Below are positions 9,300 through 17,440 of a stretch of DNA of 64,000 nucleotides, in pieces. Position numbers and translations under genes: made by a program. Numbering within the stretch: position 1 is the first letter of the stretch; every line of letters begins with the position of its first letter. The DNA is from a virus, in the IMG/VR virus record IMGVR_UViG_3300002461_000857; one strand, written 5' to 3'. The notes below the pieces were generated by a model, which saw nothing but the letters and a program-made list of their open reading frames with translations, was not told the DNA's origin and searched no databases.

Positions 9300-9884
9300 A
9301 TGATGGCCTCCCTTTCCAGCCCCTCTTCCTCCAAGCCGGTCGTCAAGGCGCTCGGCCGCGAGCACTTCTCGGTCCGTTTTCCCTGCGGAGGGTACGCGGA
9401 AGTCTACCGCGTCTACGATGGTGGGGTGCCGGTCGGGTACTCCTTCGAGGGCGAGAAGGCGAACGGAAAGCGCGTGGTGCGATACGGTCCGAGGTTTGAT
9501 ACCGATCATGAGGCCTTCCGTCGCGCGTGGTGCGAGGTGGTCGCGACTCCGGCCCCGCTCCCGATGAACGTCAGCGATCTCTACGAACTCGCGGCTCGAT
9601 GCGAGAACGATCGCACGCTCTTCAACAAGACCGTCAAGCGGCTCCTGTTCGAGCGTACCGGCTACCGCTTCACCGTCCGCAGCGGCCAGCGATCGTCCTA
9701 CTCCAGGATCGAGAACGACGAGAGCATCGAGCAGAGGGTCGCCATGGCGTCGGTATTCGGGGCCTCCCACGCGACCTCGATGTCCGTGAGCCCCCGCAAG
9801 AACGACCGGTTCTGGACCGTCTGCGTCGCGGCTGGGTTCCCGATGCCGGAAGGCATGCAGGTCGAAGAGCCCAACTACGACTGA
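9300..9884 (+). CDS. Hypothetical protein (putative early gene)
   Basis: 194-aa ORF, first gene of the rightward unit. Confidence 0.7.
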   Translation: MMASLSSPSSSKPVVKALGREHFSVRFPCGGYAEVYRVYDGGVPVGYSFEGEKANGKRVVRYGPRFDTDHEAFRRAWCEVVATPAPLPMNVSDLYELAARCENDRTLFNKTVKRLLFERTGYRFTVRSGQRSSYSRIENDESIEQRVAMASVFGASHATSMSVSPRKNDRFWTVCVAAGFPMPEGMQVEEPNYD

Positions 9885-9908
9885 ACGAAGGACCAGGAGA
9901 CCACGACG

Positions 9909-10136
9909 ATGCCCACGAAAAAGCCAGATCGTCGCCTGCTCCCTTTCTGTCGTCATGGAGGAGAGCACGTGATCACTTCGTCGGCGGAGCAGCGCTCTTC
10001 TTGGCGATGTGCGTGCGGGAGATCCTTGCTGCTGATACCGCAGAGGGGGACGACGTGGAGGGCGATGGTCCCAAGGCACAAGATCTCTGCGACTGCCGAA
10101 CCGATCCTTCACGCCGCCCCTACGCGCGGGCGATAG
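9909..10136 (+). CDS. Small Cys-containing hypothetical protein (starts MPTK)
   Basis: CCAGGAG RBS; FCRH...CACG. Confidence 0.55.
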   Translation: MPTKKPDRRLLPFCRHGGEHVITSSAEQRSSWRCACGRSLLLIPQRGTTWRAMVPRHKISATAEPILHAAPTRGR

Positions 10137-10156
10137 TCACCCAGGAGACCACGACG

Positions 10157-10363
10157 ATGCCCACCGAGAAATGCCCAGGATGCGACCAGGATCGGCCCAA
10201 CGTTGGGCCGTGGGATGGAAGCGGCCCCGGCGGCCATCGCCGCCTCTGCGGACCATGCAAGATCAAGATCTTTTGCGCCGGCCCCGGACCCGCTCGTATC
10301 AAGGCCGAGTTCGAGTCGCCCGAGGTTGCCGCATGGTTCGAGGGCCGCAACGAGCCGAGCTGA
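10157..10363 (+). CDS. Small Zn-finger protein (starts MPTE)
   Basis: CPGC...CGPC; RBS/start block identical to that of the preceding gene. Confidence 0.6.
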   Translation: MPTEKCPGCDQDRPNVGPWDGSGPGGHRRLCGPCKIKIFCAGPGPARIKAEFESPEVAAWFEGRNEPS

Positions 10364-10401
10364 CCGACACTTCACGAACCGATCCAGAGGAGTTCATCAA
10401 C

Positions 10402-10824
10402 ATGCCCACTGACACGCACGACTCATTCTTTGCGGCTGTCGCCGCACATCTCCCTCCCGACATCCGGGAGAACATCCGCCGCGATTCTTGGTGGAACGGT
10501 GACGACTACCTTCGTCGACTCGAATCCTATGGCCTCGCGGCGAGCTTCTTCGACGGGAAGGGTACGAAGACGATCATCACCGACTTCGCGAAGTCCGTGG
10601 CTCGGGTCCTCAGAGATCCTGGCAAGGATCCTCGCCTCGCGCCGCTGTCCAGCGCAGCTCGGTCCCTCTACCTGTCCGGCGCATACGAGCCGGTCGCTGG
10701 GGGGCAGAGAGAGCACGATGAGCTGTGTCGAGCTGGGCTGGTCTCTCGTCAGTGGGTCACACTCGATCCGAACGTGCACGGCAACGACGCTCCTGCTGGA
10801 CATTGGGTGTGGCAACCCACCTGA
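10402..10824 (+). CDS. Hypothetical protein (starts MPTD)
   Basis: GAGGAG RBS, 140 aa. Confidence 0.65.
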   Translation: MPTDTHDSFFAAVAAHLPPDIRENIRRDSWWNGDDYLRRLESYGLAASFFDGKGTKTIITDFAKSVARVLRDPGKDPRLAPLSSAARSLYLSGAYEPVAGGQREHDELCRAGLVSRQWVTLDPNVHGNDAPAGHWVWQPT

Positions 10825-10900
10825 TCGACACTCTTCGAGCCCGCCCGTAACGCAGACCCTTGGGTCTGAGCGTGCGGGCTCGAAGACGTGAAGAGACCCG

Positions 10901-11218
10901 ATGCCCACCACCAAGCTCACTTCCGACGTCTTCGTAACCGCAATGCACCCCAACGCTCACCGTGACGTCGAGACCGGCACGCTTTCCGCCGGCTCGCTTG
11001 TCCGTTGCGTCCGCATCATCCGGGGCGGGGTCGACGAGAACGGCGATCCGTGCACCTTGACACACTTCGAGGCAAGCACTGACGGCGGTGTGCACTGGTA
11101 CCCTCACCGCTGCACCGGCGAGCTTCCAACGGACGCGTTCGAGTGGGACGGACGCACGACGATGGAGGGCACAGACCCGCCCGCCAGCGCTGCGAGAAGC
11201 ACCCTCGACGATGGGTGA
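10901..11218 (+). CDS. Hypothetical beta-rich protein (starts MPTT)
   Basis: 105-aa ORF following a hairpin-like spacer. Confidence 0.6.
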   Translation: MPTTKLTSDVFVTAMHPNAHRDVETGTLSAGSLVRCVRIIRGGVDENGDPCTLTHFEASTDGGVHWYPHRCTGELPTDAFEWDGRTTMEGTDPPASAARSTLDDG

Positions 11219-11337
11219 TTTTCGAGTGGGTCTGGAGAGAAGGCTCATCCGAAGAAGACTCCGATGCACGCCTTGTCCGAGGGTGCAAGCTTTGCAACGA
11301 GGAGGTCGAAGAAGACGATCTCCTCAAAGAGTGAACC

Positions 11338-11580
11338 ATGACACGCTACAGCATCGATCAGGTCACCGCGATCTGTGCCTCTTCCCGACCCAAGGATCAC
11401 GAGAAGATCCTCGAGCAGGCGGAGTCGATCGTTCCGATCCAGGCAAGCTTCGCGATGTGGTACCTTGGAGAGCACCTCCGGGCTCGCTTCGAGAAGGATG
11501 ACGAGCTCGCCGAGTTCTACGCAGCCAACCTGCAGCAGACCCTCGAGCAGTGGGACGAGCGTCCATGGGACAGCAACTAG
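11338..11580 (+). CDS. Hypothetical protein
   Basis: 80-aa helical ORF. Confidence 0.6.
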   Translation: MTRYSIDQVTAICASSRPKDHEKILEQAESIVPIQASFAMWYLGEHLRARFEKDDELAEFYAANLQQTLEQWDERPWDSN

Positions 11581-11813
11581 ACATCGAGCCGATCTACGTG
11601 GCGCTGATGCGTCTCCACGAGCAGCGTGGATCGTTCGAGGAGGCCCGGGCCGACCTGCTCGAGTTCGTCCTGTACGCGCTTCCGAACGATCGTCGGATCC
11701 CGATCAACATCGAGGCTGCCAGGCTACTTCTCGCGTGGAAGGAGTATGAGAAGGAGCTCGTCTCCTCCCCGGACATCGACGACGATCGATCGACGTCTAT
11801 CCGATCCAGATGA
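11565..11813 (+). CDS. Hypothetical protein
   Basis: Overlaps the end of the previous ORF; helical composition. Confidence 0.55.
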   Translation: MGQQLDIEPIYVALMRLHEQRGSFEEARADLLEFVLYALPNDRRIPINIEAARLLLAWKEYEKELVSSPDIDDDRSTSIRSR

Positions 11814-11957
11814 GGACACGGACCACCGCCTCGATCGCGTATCCGATCCCTCCGAGGATCCCCACGATGAAGGCCGAGATGACGAAGATCTCCCACTTGC
11901 TCCTGAGCGGATGTTCGTGAGGTCTTGGTCCATCCGTCTTGACTGATCCATCCACAG

Positions 11958-12452
11958 CTGGCACCTGATCCTGCTCTTCCGACCCGATACGAGTGTATTC
12001 CGCGACGACCCGTGGCACTGGGTTCTGCTCTTCCGACCCGATGCGAGCGTGTGGTTCCGATTCACATCGTCGACTAAACCCCTTCTGGCACCGTGTCCTG
12101 CTCTTCTGATCCGGTGCGAGAACACCGCTCGATCGACCTCCGCGCGGGATTGAAGGACCCTGGCACTGGGGCGACAGCTTCCGAGCGCGAGCGGCACTCT
12201 CGGTCTGGCACCTGATCCTGATCTTCCGACCCGGTACGATGCGCGCCGCACCCGAAGTGCAAGCGATCGGGGACCCTGGCACCGGGTCCTGCTCTTCCGA
12301 CCCGGTACGAGGACGATGCCGGCGCTCGACCTCGAGCGACTTGAGCCTGGCACTGGGTCCTGCTCTTCCGACCCGGTGCGAGGGGGTGCTGGGAGGGGAC
12401 CGTGAACCTGCAACTCCTGGCACTGGGTCCTGCTCTTCCGACCCGGTGCGAG
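11958..12452. CRISPR. Orphan CRISPR-like array: 8 x 36-bp hairpin repeats, no cas genes in the window
   Basis: Consensus CTGGCACTGGGTCCTGCTCTTCCGACCCGGTGCGAG; repeats start at 11958, 12012, 12085, 12160 (degenerate), 12205, 12276, 12347, 12417; spacers 18, 37, 39, 13, 35, 35, 34 nt; the two rightmost repeats are identical and degeneracy increases leftwards. Confidence 0.65.
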
Positions 12453-12591
12453 GGTCACGTTTGGGCTCGGATCACGGTACCGCATGGTCAAGTTCGAGGT
12501 CAGGATCTCGCACGCACCTCGGCGCGTGGACGATCCCCGGTCTTGCGTGCGTTGCTCCATTCGTCTCGCGTCGGATCGGAAGTTCAGGACA

Positions 12592-12688
12592 CTTCCCCGT
12601 TCGTAGAGGGCCACCTCGATCCGAAAGACTCGGGTCGAGGTTTGACGGCACTCTCCGGGGGCATCACATCGGGCATGCCCTGCCCTAG
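12592..12688. repeat. Copy 2 of the duplicated structured element, with an extra 29-nt hairpin
   Basis: Matches 587-652; insertion 12613-12641 ACCTCGATCCGA-AAGAC-TCGGGTCGAGGT folds on itself. Confidence 0.9.
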
Positions 12689-12788
12689 ACCAGCTCAATG
12701 CCGGCGACGTCGACCCTGCCACGGATCGGCATCTCTCGGCAAGGGAAAAGTTTCCGGACCGGCACCGTGATCGGGTTATCCTAGATCG

Positions 12789-13322
12789 ATGCGAATCTCC
12801 GCCATCAGCCCCGAACTTCTCCCTCCTCTCGATGCCAGGCTCATGGAGCTCGGCCTCGTTCCGATCCAGGCCGTGGTGACACCCAACTGCGGGGATTACG
12901 GTCATCCCCTTGATCTCGAACTGAAACCCGATCGGGAGCTTCGACTGATCGGAATCTCGAGTCATGCCGATCCGAACATCTACTGGATCAATCAGATCTG
13001 CGTGAACGACAGAGTCATTCTCAAGGAGATCGATCTGTCAACCTTCTGCTGCAATCACATCGTTCCGTTTGCATTCGGAGACAACTCCGTCGTCGCTCCT
13101 TGCGATCGACCCGCTCCGATCACTTTCCGAATCTCTTTCATGTGCCACCCGTCCGCGCCTCCGACGTTCAGCTTGACGCTCTGGGGATGTGTCGAAGGCG
13201 ACGAGACCAAGAAGGTCGATCCTCGGCTCGTTCGGGTGCTTCGGGAACTGAAGGCGTCCTCGTACAAGGTCACCGATCCGCAGATCCTTGCGATGTTCGA
13301 CAAGTACGCGGAGTGGATCTAG
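12789..13322 (+). CDS. Hypothetical beta-sandwich-like protein
   Basis: 177-aa ORF with alternating hydrophobic strands ending FSLTLWG. Confidence 0.6.
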   Translation: MRISAISPELLPPLDARLMELGLVPIQAVVTPNCGDYGHPLDLELKPDRELRLIGISSHADPNIYWINQICVNDRVILKEIDLSTFCCNHIVPFAFGDNSVVAPCDRPAPITFRISFMCHPSAPPTFSLTLWGCVEGDETKKVDPRLVRVLRELKASSYKVTDPQILAMFDKYAEWI

Positions 13323-13717
13323 TCGAGCGTCGAACCAGACATCTTCGGATCTTCGGAGGTGTCTGGTTCGAGCGCGACTGCGAAGTTGGCTAGTGTCTTG
13401 GCGGACGTCTCCCATTCTTTCGATTTGGCGACAGCGATCGCGATCCATTCGCGGAGCTCTCCGTCCCAGATCTTCTCTGCGGATTCGCCGTTGTTCGCAG
13501 TCCTGTAGACCTCCTCTGCCCACGCACGCCACTGTTCGTGGTGTTTTTCGCGACGAAGGATCGGCACGAGGTCTGGTGGTTGAAGACCGAGTGATTCGGA
13601 GACCTCGATACACCACGCGCTCAGATCTAGGCGAGGACTCGTGCTCTCGTCATGGTCCTTGGTGCGGCTCACGAGCTTTCTGAACATGTGACGGATGGTG
13701 AGGAGAAGGTTCTTCAT
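13319..13717 (-). CDS. Hypothetical protein
   Basis: ATG 13717 overlaps the HNH stop (ATGA). Confidence 0.6.
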   Translation of the reverse strand: MKNLLLTIRHMFRKLVSRTKDHDESTSPRLDLSAWCIEVSESLGLQPPDLVPILRREKHHEQWRAWAEEVYRTANNGESAEKIWDGELREWIAIAVAKSKEWETSAKTLANFAVALEPDTSEDPKMSGSTLD

Positions 13718-14043
13718 CTTGTCAGTCCTTCGGACAGGATCATCGATCGTCTCGACACCAGTACGTGCCAACACGTACTGCGTCGGTTGTTCTCGCTCTT
13801 GGTCACCGGCTCGAGGTGGTCCGGGTTGACGCAGCACCTGGTTCGGCACAGGTGGTCGAGGTCCTTCTTTCTAGGGATCTTGCGGCGCATGAGCTCGAAG
13901 ATGACCCTGTGGGCCATCCTTGCCTTGCCCTTGACGCGGATCGATCCGTAGCCCTGGCTGGATGTGGCCCCGATCCACAACCAGCACCCGCTGTTGGGTT
14001 CGATCGAGATCCTTCCCTCGTAGCGATGGATCGGCGACGTCAC
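13714..14043 (-). CDS. HNH endonuclease (HNH_3 type)
   Basis: GCWLWIG...GYG...AHRV...DHLCRTRCCVNPDHLEPVTKSEN; GTG start overlaps the upstream TGA. Confidence 0.85.
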   Translation of the reverse strand: MTSPIHRYEGRISIEPNSGCWLWIGATSSQGYGSIRVKGKARMAHRVIFELMRRKIPRKKDLDHLCRTRCCVNPDHLEPVTKSENNRRSTCWHVLVSRRSMILSEGLTR

Positions 14044-15107
14044 GGAATAACATCTCCCTGCATCGCAGCGATCCACGGGTTCATCGACCGACCGTCGGGC
14101 CCGGGCGACGATTGCAGCGACACGCACCGCAGGCCGTCCATCGACTCCGCAGCCTTCTGCGTGATCCCGGACTCGTAGAGCAGGTAGATGAGTCGATCCG
14201 ACCACTTATCCCGAGACGCGATCCCTCGAATCGTTCGAAGCAGTTCGATCGCGTACTCCGACCACAGCTCTGGATCCTTGCCGTCGAAGATCTTCGTGAT
14301 CCGATCGTACCCTTCGCTTCCGACGTCGTAACCTGCCCTCACCTGCTCCCAGTTCGCGCGATCGTTGTACGGTTCCGCCCACACCGTCACGCACCGACGG
14401 GGACGAATCGCCTCGATCAGATCCGCGACGCCGCTTCCGTCCATGCTCATGGCGTCGGGGAAGATCGGGCAGAGCATGCCGTAGGTCAGGATGCCGGCGT
14501 CCTGAAGCCGATGCAGTGCCTTGATCCTCTGAGAGGGTGGCGATGTGTTGATCTCGACCCGCTTCGCCCACGCGTCGTCCAGGGTGCCCGTGCTCAGGCC
14601 GACCAAGAACCGATCTCTGTGGTAGCCGAAGAAGTCCAACCACTCCGAGCTCAGTCCGACGCATGCATTCTTGGTCAAGACTCGGATCTTGAACCTGGTC
14701 CGCTTCAAGACCATCTCCAGGATCCTCCGCGTTATTCCTCTCGCAATCATGCCAGGCGAGAATCCGTCCGTCAGCATCGAGAAGACCAAGATCTTCCCCT
14801 CTCCCCACCTGGCGTCGTGCTTGTCCAGTTCCGAGCCTAGTCTGGTCTCGATGTCGGACCAGTGGAACGTCAGCTCCGGGCTGGTGGTCGGATAGACCCG
14901 CTCGCCGAGCTGCTGCTCAGTTGCATCCGCGAACTTCTCCCGGTTGATCCGCAGGAAGTTCCCGGAGTTGCTCGAGCAGTAGCGGCATCCGTACTCGCAC
15001 AGACCCATGATGTCGAGGGCGTGCGTGCTCAGGCCCTTCTTCTCGAACCCTGGAGACCTTCGAAGCGGAGACTGGATCGCGGGTAGGTTGACGACGCGGA
15101 GCTTCAT
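14040..15107 (-). CDS. Radical SAM protein, spore photoproduct lyase-like family
   Basis: CEYGCRYC (CxxxCxxC), followed by FSMLTDGF, VLTKN, VGLSTGT, SQRIKALHRL and LCPIFP segments typical of SPL-like enzymes. Confidence 0.8.
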   Translation of the reverse strand: MKLRVVNLPAIQSPLRRSPGFEKKGLSTHALDIMGLCEYGCRYCSSNSGNFLRINREKFADATEQQLGERVYPTTSPELTFHWSDIETRLGSELDKHDARWGEGKILVFSMLTDGFSPGMIARGITRRILEMVLKRTRFKIRVLTKNACVGLSSEWLDFFGYHRDRFLVGLSTGTLDDAWAKRVEINTSPPSQRIKALHRLQDAGILTYGMLCPIFPDAMSMDGSGVADLIEAIRPRRCVTVWAEPYNDRANWEQVRAGYDVGSEGYDRITKIFDGKDPELWSEYAIELLRTIRGIASRDKWSDRLIYLLYESGITQKAAESMDGLRCVSLQSSPGPDGRSMNPWIAAMQGDVIP

Positions 15108-15949
15108 GGTTTTGCTTTCGGAAAGAGGAACAGCTTCCCACTGACTTTTCTCGTCTCACACCCTGGGATCAGGTCCTTCTTCATCGCTGCGACCAGGCCC
15201 GGCTTGAGGTAGGCGTCCCGGCTGTAGTGGTGGTTGGCGCCGATCTTCTTGGCCACGTCGGAGATCGAGATCCCATCGGGGTGTTCCGAGACGATCGAAA
15301 CGACTTTCCAGACCGTGCTCTTGAAGGGCGTCCAGTGGCCACCCCTTGCGGATCCAGCCTTCGCTGCCACCTTCTGCTCCGGTCGGAGCCATGTCCCGAG
15401 ATGTCCCCAGACGAGGGTGCGGAATAGCCTCGCCGAGATGTCTGGACGACCAATCGATGCATACGTTCCATCCTCGAACTCGACGTCGGAGATATCCTGA
15501 CGCCGGTCGTGGAAGTTGATCGTGATCAGTCCGATCCCGAGATAGGAGAAGATGTCTCGGATCAGTTCGATCCTTCGCTCCCCGCTCGACTGGACGACGA
15601 CCCACGATCGGTTGGCTCTCCCCCTCCAGTGCCTTGCCTGAGCGATCACGTCGAAGCTCAACGACCTCTTCACCTCGAACGACCAGATCTCCGAGTGGAC
15701 CCGAGCGACGATGTCCGCCCTTGGGTTCGTTGGACCCGTGAACACTTCTTGGTACACGTCAGCCTCGAGGTCATCGAGCCACGCGACGACGACAGAGGCA
15801 AGATCTGACTCGGTTCGGTTCGTCTTCTTGGATCGTGTCTTGGGCACGGGTGCACTGATCAGTGTCTCGAGCGCGTGCGCCCGCAGCGATTCGCTTCTCA
15901 GTCGAAGCGACTCTGCTCTGGCCACCACACCCTTTGGTCGATTCACCAT
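15104..15949 (-). CDS. PD-(D/E)xK nuclease-fold protein with a C-terminal wHTH-like region
   Basis: YQEV...RADIVA...SFEVKRSLSFDVIAQA motif. Confidence 0.7.
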   Translation of the reverse strand: MVNRPKGVVARAESLRLRSESLRAHALETLISAPVPKTRSKKTNRTESDLASVVVAWLDDLEADVYQEVFTGPTNPRADIVARVHSEIWSFEVKRSLSFDVIAQARHWRGRANRSWVVVQSSGERRIELIRDIFSYLGIGLITINFHDRRQDISDVEFEDGTYASIGRPDISARLFRTLVWGHLGTWLRPEQKVAAKAGSARGGHWTPFKSTVWKVVSIVSEHPDGISISDVAKKIGANHHYSRDAYLKPGLVAAMKKDLIPGCETRKVSGKLFLFPKAKP

Positions 15950-16170
15950 GCGTGTCTGGATCTTCTATCAGCCAGGGACCTGGATGCGATATCGATCTCT
16001 CGTCGGAGTTCGACGATGGCCTTGATCTCCTCACCGAGTCGATCGGTTGCGTTGTTCCCCTGCTCGATCAGCTTGTCGGCGAAGTCGATCGATGCCGACT
16101 CGAACCTTCGCTTCAGTTCGATGAGCCTGGCCTGGAGGTCCACCTCTGCTTGACGGGAGAAGTTCTTCAT
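15943..16170 (-). CDS. Small coiled-coil protein
   Basis: MKNFSRQAEV...; ATGA overlap. Confidence 0.55.
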   Translation of the reverse strand: MKNFSRQAEVDLQARLIELKRRFESASIDFADKLIEQGNNATDRLGEEIKAIVELRREIDIASRSLADRRSRHAW

Positions 16171-16994
16171 CGGGACGACTCGTCGATGGCATCGGCAAGT
16201 ACGCGGAGGATCGGGTCGTTCTTCAGATCCGCAGACGCTCGGATATTCGACGCGATCGCGGCGGTGATGTTCCGGAGCTTTGCTTCCAGACGCTGGCGCT
16301 CTTCTCTTTCCTTCTTCAGCATCGTCGCTGCGTCCGACCATCGGTTTCTCTCGATTTCGGATCGACGAAACAGGTCGAGACAGTACCTCGAGAGCGCCTG
16401 GTTCTTGACCTTCGTCTCGTCTCTCTGATCGGACAGCGTCCGGATCGTGTCTCCGTAGTAGCGCTCGTCGTCCGGGAGTTCGAGGCCAGAATCGACGATC
16501 GCGCCAGAGACGTTGGACAGCGCAACTCTTGCCTCGTCGAACAGGCGGTCCTCGAGCTGCCTGGTCTCACTCCCGAACCAGTCGTCGGACTTCCTCTCGT
16601 CGAACTCGGAGGAAGGAATACGATAGGCGATCATCCTAGATCCGTCGGGCTCCGAATCCTGAACCCCTCTCTCGCAGATCCAAGCCGTGAGGAACAGGTC
16701 ACTCCCTGCCTGACTCTGAACAGCGCTGACCACGATCGTTGTGTTCTTCGAGAATATTCGGTTGATGATGAGACCATCGGTCACCGGACACTTTTGGAAC
16801 TCAACCGATGTTCCTCCTCCGGACTCCAAGGCATCGATCGACTTGACGGTCCATTCGCTGTGCACCGAGACCTCCATCAGGCGACACGCTGGGATCTCGA
16901 AGCTCAGATGGATCAACTCTTCTTGGCTCTCCGCCGATGGATAGCAGACTTCAATGGGCTTGATGGTGGACATGAGTTGGATCCTCGGGCTCAT
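16167..16994 (-). CDS. Hypothetical protein (beta-rich N-terminal half, coiled-coil C-terminal half)
   Basis: 275-aa ORF coupled to neighbours. Confidence 0.6.
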   Translation of the reverse strand: MSPRIQLMSTIKPIEVCYPSAESQEELIHLSFEIPACRLMEVSVHSEWTVKSIDALESGGGTSVEFQKCPVTDGLIINRIFSKNTTIVVSAVQSQAGSDLFLTAWICERGVQDSEPDGSRMIAYRIPSSEFDERKSDDWFGSETRQLEDRLFDEARVALSNVSGAIVDSGLELPDDERYYGDTIRTLSDQRDETKVKNQALSRYCLDLFRRSEIERNRWSDAATMLKKEREERQRLEAKLRNITAAIASNIRASADLKNDPILRVLADAIDESSR

Positions 16995-17440
16995 CGGGTG
17001 GTGTCAGCGTCGAGTGCTGCCTGGATCCTCAAGATCAGATCCTCTGCTCCGTCGCGAGTCATGGCACGTTCTTCTCCTCCGATCGGGACGACGATCGTAT
17101 GACGGTTTCCGTCGTCGACGTCGGCTGGGGCAGATCGTGGACCTGTCATCTCCTCGAGCGGAGGAAGAGGGTTCCAGTTGTTCCTTGTCCTCCACGCCGC
17201 GATCGCGTCGTACATCACCTTCATGTGACGTTCACAGAACGACACCGCGGATGCTCCATCCTCATCCATGATGATCGCGGTCATCCTGAGCGGTGATCGG
17301 CACGGCCCAAGACCGGCATCGAACCGGCAGGAAGAGTCGCTGTGGACGATTGCGACGCACTTCAGTGGCCCGAAGTTACTCGCAAGAAGGATCATCGCGT
17401 GCTCGAGATCAGGAGTGCTCATGGCTCCTCCGGTCTTCAC
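16991..17440 (-). CDS. Hypothetical protein
   Basis: 149-aa ORF with GTGA/ATGA overlaps. Confidence 0.55.
   Translation of the reverse strand: MKTGGAMSTPDLEHAMILLASNFGPLKCVAIVHSDSSCRFDAGLGPCRSPLRMTAIIMDEDGASAVSFCERHMKVMYDAIAAWRTRNNWNPLPPLEEMTGPRSAPADVDDGNRHTIVVPIGGEERAMTRDGAEDLILRIQAALDADTTR

Noticed and set aside
11958-12452. Assigning transcription direction from G-U wobble pairs
   Set aside because: Substitutions compatible with wobble occur on both strands in similar numbers, so strand is left unassigned.
11724-12965. Minus-strand ORFs with repeated PGRKSRTQCQ or TGSEEQDPVP peptides
   Set aside because: Repeat periods of 70-71 nt switch frame between copies, so the peptide repeats are by-products of a non-coding array.
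15104-15949. Cas4 serving the array
   Set aside because: PD-(D/E)xK fold is present but the four-Cys Fe-S motif of Cas4 is absent, and no cas1/cas2 is nearby.
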